Below are positions 59,910 to 64,000 of a stretch of 64,000 nt of DNA, piece by piece. The notes beneath the pieces are model-generated. The model ran no database searches, was not told where the DNA came from, and saw only the letters and a list, made by a program, of their open reading frames with translations. The translations under genes were made by a program, and so were the position numbers. Positions within the stretch are counted from its first letter, which is position 1. Every line of letters starts with the position of its first letter. This DNA is from an uncultured Chloroflexia bacterium (GTDB lineage: Bacteria > Chloroflexota > Limnocylindria > Limnocylindrales > CSP1-4). The stretch covers positions 64,001-128,000 of the forward strand of contig CAVYIM010000005.1 of the NCBI GenBank assembly GCA_963768655.1, in the 5' to 3' direction.

Positions 59910-61769
59910 TCAGCTGGCTGGCGTAACTGCCTTGATCTGGGTGAGCATGAAGATGGCACCCATCTGCCAGTAACCGTTCCACGTAGCCGGCTGCGCGTCC
60001 ACGGCGGACGTGCTCGACGGCCAGTTGGTCCACGTCGAATTGTTGACCTGCGACCACTCGCCGTTGTACCAGAGCGGGATGATCGGCTCGTTGGTCAGCT
60101 GGATCGTCTGGAGCTGCGAGCAGATCGACTGCATGTCGGCCAGGTCGCTGGCCGGCGTCTGGTCGAGCTTCTGGACGAGAGTCCAGGCCGCCGCGTTGTC
60201 GTACTGCTCGTAGTTGCGGTTGCGTGCGGGGCCGGCCGCGATTTCCGGCTGGCGGAAGATGTAGTCGTAGTACACCCACGGTGTGCTGCCGATCTGGACG
60301 TCGTTGTTGATGACGAGGTCGAAGGTCGGGGCCGAAGTGGAAGTACCCTTTTCGTCGTTGACGACTGTAGCGTCAGCCGGGTGCTCGGCATCGATGTTGA
60401 TGCCGGCGGCCTTGGCGTCAGCCTGGATCAGGTCTTCGGCTTCCATCCAGTCAGACCAGCCATCGGGCACTTCGAGGGTCAGCTTGATGGGCGAGCCGTC
60501 CTTGTTCGTGACGAACCCGTCGCTGCCGAGCTTGTAGCCGGCTGCGGCGAGATCGGCCTTGGCCTTCGCGTTGTTGTACACGGGGCCCAGGGACTTGACA
60601 ACAGACGTGTCGACGTACTTGCTCCACTCGGGCAGGAGGCCCGTCGGGTCAGATGCAGCAACGATGTTGCCGTAGTCCTTGACGACGACGTTCTGCGGGT
60701 TGATCGCCTCGGCGAGAGCGCGGCGGAAGGCCGGGTCGTCGAGAGGCTTCATCTTCGTGTTCGGGACGAGCCAGGCGGTGTTGCCGGAGAGCATGTAGGG
60801 CGCGCCCGCATAGAACGTGGTGATGTTGTACCCGCCGTTGACGATCTGGGCGATGCCGGGCAGGTAGTTGTTGTCCAGGTCCAGCTGGCCGGAGAGAAGC
60901 TGGCCGAGGGCGACGTTGTTGGAGCTGTTGACGATGTCAACGATGTACTGGGGGGCGACGGTGAGGTTCTTCGCGCTGGTAGCCCACCAGTTCGGGTTCT
61001 TCTGCCAGACCATGCGGTCCTGGGCGGCCGTCTTGTACGTGTACGGGCCGGTGCCAACACCGTTCTGGTTCAGGAACTTGAAGATGTTGGGGTCGGAGGC
61101 GTACTGCTGCCAGATTGCTGCAGGAACCATCGGCATGTTGTAGAGGGCCTGCATGAACTCCTGGTACGCCGGAGTCCCCTTGAAGGTGACGACGACGTTG
61201 TTGCCGGTCGAGTCGACCGTAACTTTGTCGACGAAATTGAACAGGTCAGAGCCAAGCGCCGGGTTGGTGCCATAGATGTTGATGGAGAAGGCGACGTCTG
61301 CGGCGGTGAAGGCCGTGCCGTCGGACCACTTCACGCCCTGGCGAACGGCGATCGTGTAGGTCGTCTTGGCGCTATCCCAGCCGGCCTCGGCATCATTCGT
61401 GGCCAGCCACGGGGTGTAGACGTCCTTGAGCGGGTCGTACAGGAAGAGGGTCTCGTACTGGAGGCCCACGACGCCCATCGCGGAGTTGCCGTCGAACGGG
61501 TTCCACGTGGACGGAGCGCCCCACTGCTTACCACTCGTGTACAGGGTCTGTGCGCGCGGGTAGACCGTCGTGTCGGTCGGCGGGAGCGTCGCGGCGCCAT
61601 TAGGGGTCGCCGCCGCGGTCGGCGTGACGACTGGGGCCGCCTGGGTGGGGGTCGGCTGGCTGGGCGGGGTGGTCGGTGCCGGACTCGGTGTGGCAGACGA
61701 CCCGCAGGCCGCGACTGCAAGGCTCAGAACCGCGAGCAAACTCAGGACTCTGGTCGTTCCTCGTTGCAT
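59910..61769 (-). CDS. Family-5 substrate-binding lipoprotein, probably cello-/manno-oligosaccharide binding
   Basis: Lipobox AVAAC; YETLF, GTGPY, VPDGWSDW; next to GH94 and GH130 genes. Confidence 0.87.
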   Translation of the reverse strand: MQRGTTRVLSLLAVLSLAVAACGSSATPSPAPTTPPSQPTPTQAAPVVTPTAAATPNGAATLPPTDTTVYPRAQTLYTSGKQWGAPSTWNPFDGNSAMGVVGLQYETLFLYDPLKDVYTPWLATNDAEAGWDSAKTTYTIAVRQGVKWSDGTAFTAADVAFSINIYGTNPALGSDLFNFVDKVTVDSTGNNVVVTFKGTPAYQEFMQALYNMPMVPAAIWQQYASDPNIFKFLNQNGVGTGPYTYKTAAQDRMVWQKNPNWWATSAKNLTVAPQYIVDIVNSSNNVALGQLLSGQLDLDNNYLPGIAQIVNGGYNITTFYAGAPYMLSGNTAWLVPNTKMKPLDDPAFRRALAEAINPQNVVVKDYGNIVAASDPTGLLPEWSKYVDTSVVKSLGPVYNNAKAKADLAAAGYKLGSDGFVTNKDGSPIKLTLEVPDGWSDWMEAEDLIQADAKAAGINIDAEHPADATVVNDEKGTSTSAPTFDLVINNDVQIGSTPWVYYDYIFRQPEIAAGPARNRNYEQYDNAAAWTLVQKLDQTPASDLADMQSICSQLQTIQLTNEPIIPLWYNGEWSQVNNSTWTNWPSSTSAVDAQPATWNGYWQMGAIFMLTQIKAVTPAS

Positions 61770-62144
61770 CCCATTCCTCACTTCCCCATGAGAAACGTCA
61801 CTGGCGCGAGGGCTACGGTGAACCCTCAGACATACGCTGACGCCCCCATGGCAATGGACCAAGAACCATCTCCAGATGCCCCTGACGACGGAGGCAGGGC
61901 ATCTGCGGGAGGACGGTAGACCCCTCCGGGGTAGACCTGACTTCAGCCAATCGGTCCTCCGGCCGAACGGGCCATGCCAGGCGACCGCCTCTCCCCTTCT
62001 CGGACCGTGTCTGTCTCCTCACCTCCTATGCTGGAGCGCCTGGGGTTTTCCCGGACTCATTCTGTTCGGGACCTTGGGCGGGCCCCAGGTGCAACTCAAC
62101 GCGGCCGCGCCCAACCCCGCGGGGAACGGAGCGTTCCGCTGCTG

Positions 62145-62183
62145 AATTCATTGCAGCATCCAACAAACTCTATGCGTTGTCAA
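62145..62183 (-). promoter_or_regulatory. Promoter TTGACA-17-GATGCT overlapped by XylR/ROK-like operator
   Basis: AGTTTGTT-N9-AATGAATT; related site at 63540-63564 (14/25 identical). Confidence 0.6.
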
Positions 62184-63469
62184 CCCTCCGCAAGCAGGCT
62201 AAAAGGGTGGTTCTCGGGGGCTTCGGCCGCCCTACTTACGTCGCCCGGAGCAGTGTCTTGCTGCAGCGGCATGATGGCCGGGTCGTTCAGCAGCGGAGCC
62301 AGCGCGAGCTCTGCCGCCCCGAGCAACAGCGCGTTGCCCCCGAGGCGGACGGTCACCAGATCGACCATCGCTCGTGGGGCCGGCATCGCCCGCTTCTCCA
62401 GCTCGCGCAGGATGGGCGCCCGCACGTAGGGGTAGACGCGGGCGTAGAGCCCACCCAGAGAAACCCGATTGGGGTTGAAGATGTTCACCAGGCCGGCGAT
62501 CCCGATCCCAAGTCCGTGACCCAATTCGACCAGGGCCGCGAGCGCTACCTTGTCGCCTCGTTCCGCGGCCGCGATCAGGTCCTCGAGCGCCGCGGTGCCT
62601 CCCAGCGGGTCCCGGCCCGATCGCCGGAGCAGGGCCTCCTCGCCCACCACGGACTCCAGGCACCCGCGCGCGCCGCAGTGGCACAGATCCCCGTCGGGAT
62701 CGATGGTGACGTGTCCGACCTCGCCCGCATACCCGGCCGAGCCGGCGAGCAATCGGCCGTCCACGACGATGCCGGCGCCGAGTCCGCCCTCACCCCAGAT
62801 GCAGATGAAATCGCTCGTGCCCCTGCCGGAGCCACGCAGATGCTCCGCCGAAGCCGCCAGGTCGGCGTCGTTGCCGACGAAGACCGGGGCGTCCAGGTCC
62901 GCGAACTCCTCCCTTATGAGCTGTCCGATCGGAACGTCCCGCCATCCGAGGGCCGGCGCCTCGTGCACAAGCCCATCCCCGGACCGAACCAGCCCGGGAA
63001 CCGAAACCCCTATGGCAACGATGCAAGGCCCGTTCTGGAGGCCGGCGAGCAGCGGCCGGACAAGGATGCCGAGATCCTCCACGACGCACTCGGGCCTGGA
63101 GTTGCACAGCGAAACGTCGCGACGGGTCGAGACGATGACCTTCCCGCCGAGGCCGACGACGGCGGCCCCCATCCAGTCCGTGGCGAGGTCGACGGCTAGT
63201 GCGGCGGGGCCGTCGCTGCGCAACTCCACGACCGGCGACGGCCGCCCAGGAGACTGCGGAATCGAATTCGACCGATGACGCTCTCGGACGATGCGCCGCG
63301 CGGCCAGCTCCGACACGAGCGAGGCGACGGTGCTCCGGTCCAGATGAAGTCGTCCGGCCAGCTCGGACCTGGACAACGGCCGGCTGACGTGCAGCTCCTG
63401 CAGCAGCCTGCTGAGGTTGCGACGCCTGATCTCAGCCTGAGCGCCTTCGCCCTCGACGTGAACTCCCAT
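62180..63469 (-). CDS. ROK-family transcriptional repressor (XylR/NagC-like)
   Basis: N-terminal HTH, GRP, NDAD, AGEVGH, CHCGARGCLE. Confidence 0.93.
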   Translation of the reverse strand: MGVHVEGEGAQAEIRRRNLSRLLQELHVSRPLSRSELAGRLHLDRSTVASLVSELAARRIVRERHRSNSIPQSPGRPSPVVELRSDGPAALAVDLATDWMGAAVVGLGGKVIVSTRRDVSLCNSRPECVVEDLGILVRPLLAGLQNGPCIVAIGVSVPGLVRSGDGLVHEAPALGWRDVPIGQLIREEFADLDAPVFVGNDADLAASAEHLRGSGRGTSDFICIWGEGGLGAGIVVDGRLLAGSAGYAGEVGHVTIDPDGDLCHCGARGCLESVVGEEALLRRSGRDPLGGTAALEDLIAAAERGDKVALAALVELGHGLGIGIAGLVNIFNPNRVSLGGLYARVYPYVRAPILRELEKRAMPAPRAMVDLVTVRLGGNALLLGAAELALAPLLNDPAIMPLQQDTAPGDVSRAAEAPENHPFSLLAEG

Positions 63470-63812
63470 CGGGTGGCGTTTCCCTTAGTGAGGCCGGGCC
63501 CGACGTTTGAGTCGGTCGAGCCGGTGGGCATGAGCCTACCGTTTCGCGTAGCGTACAACAAAAGAAGTCGCGCGTTACCCAATCTGAACGTCCCCGCCAC
63601 GGGCGGCACCCACGGGCCGGCAGCGGACTGGCGCGGGGCCAGGTGGCAAGCCCCGCGCGAACCGGAGGCGCGACGGAGCCGGAAGGCCGCCGGCATGGCT
63701 GGTAGGATTGACCGGCATCGAGTTTGCAGGGGGAGGCTCCAGTGCCGGTCCGACATGGCCGCCTGGGACCCGGCATGGGCACCCGCAGCGCGCATTGAAC
63801 GAAAGGGTTCTG

Positions 63813-64000
63813 ATGGACTCCGCCAACCAGCAAGCACGACCAGCCGCAGCGACTCCACGGACCGCCGACCCGGCCGCGGACGCACTCCCGAACATCCCCT
63901 GGGAGGACCGCCCTGCCGGCTCGAAGGCGGTGCTGTGGCGGTCGAGCCGCAACCCGATCATCAAACGCGACCAGATCGAGCGTTCGAACAGCATCTTCAA
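63813..64000 (+). CDS. GH130 beta-mannoside phosphorylase, N-terminus (runs off window)
   Basis: GAAAGGG SD; manual translation includes IPWEDRPAG...[13 protein letters not shown]...SNSIF, typical of GH130 mannooligosaccharide phosphorylases; absent from ORF track. Confidence 0.8.
   Translation, partial: MDSANQQARPAAATPRTADPAADALPNIPWEDRPAGSKAVLWRSSRNPIIKRDQIERSNSIF

Noticed and set aside
63575-64000. 141-aa minus-strand ORF from the track
   Set aside because: Antisense to the GH130 N-terminus.

Overview
High-GC bacterial chromosomal window; gene style suggests Chloroflexota or a similar Terrabacteria lineage (inference only). It carries an amidohydrolase, a HisN/IMPase, an ECF sigma plus putative anti-sigma, a class II aldolase, a PAS hybrid kinase, araA-araD-araB with a frameshifted sugar-binding protein, an ABC-2 exporter with rsgA, an OmpR/HAMP two-component pair, a CysRS-C-terminal/GT2-like fusion, rhomboid, M16 and M50 proteases, an ArsR-small protein-MFS unit, carB and carA, and a ROK-regulated cluster with a family-5 ABC importer, two GH94 phosphorylases and a GH130 that runs off the end. 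carA and carB are about 9.5 kb apart. Between them lie two IS256 copies (each with its own 8-bp target duplication), two toxin-antitoxin pairs, a nonsense-interrupted 2TM/beta-barrel protein and gene remnants, separated by a recurring degenerate repeat of up to ~200 bp. The most notable unannotated signals are: this repeat-delimited cassette array; a duplicated carA/carB leader with tandem PyrR-type loops and a leader ORF that reads through the terminator and overlaps the car start codon; two related small proteins upstream of transporter genes; a candidate structured ncRNA at ~3670-3900; and a leader-ORF/terminator upstream of the ABC exporter. No rRNA, tRNA or CRISPR array was seen.
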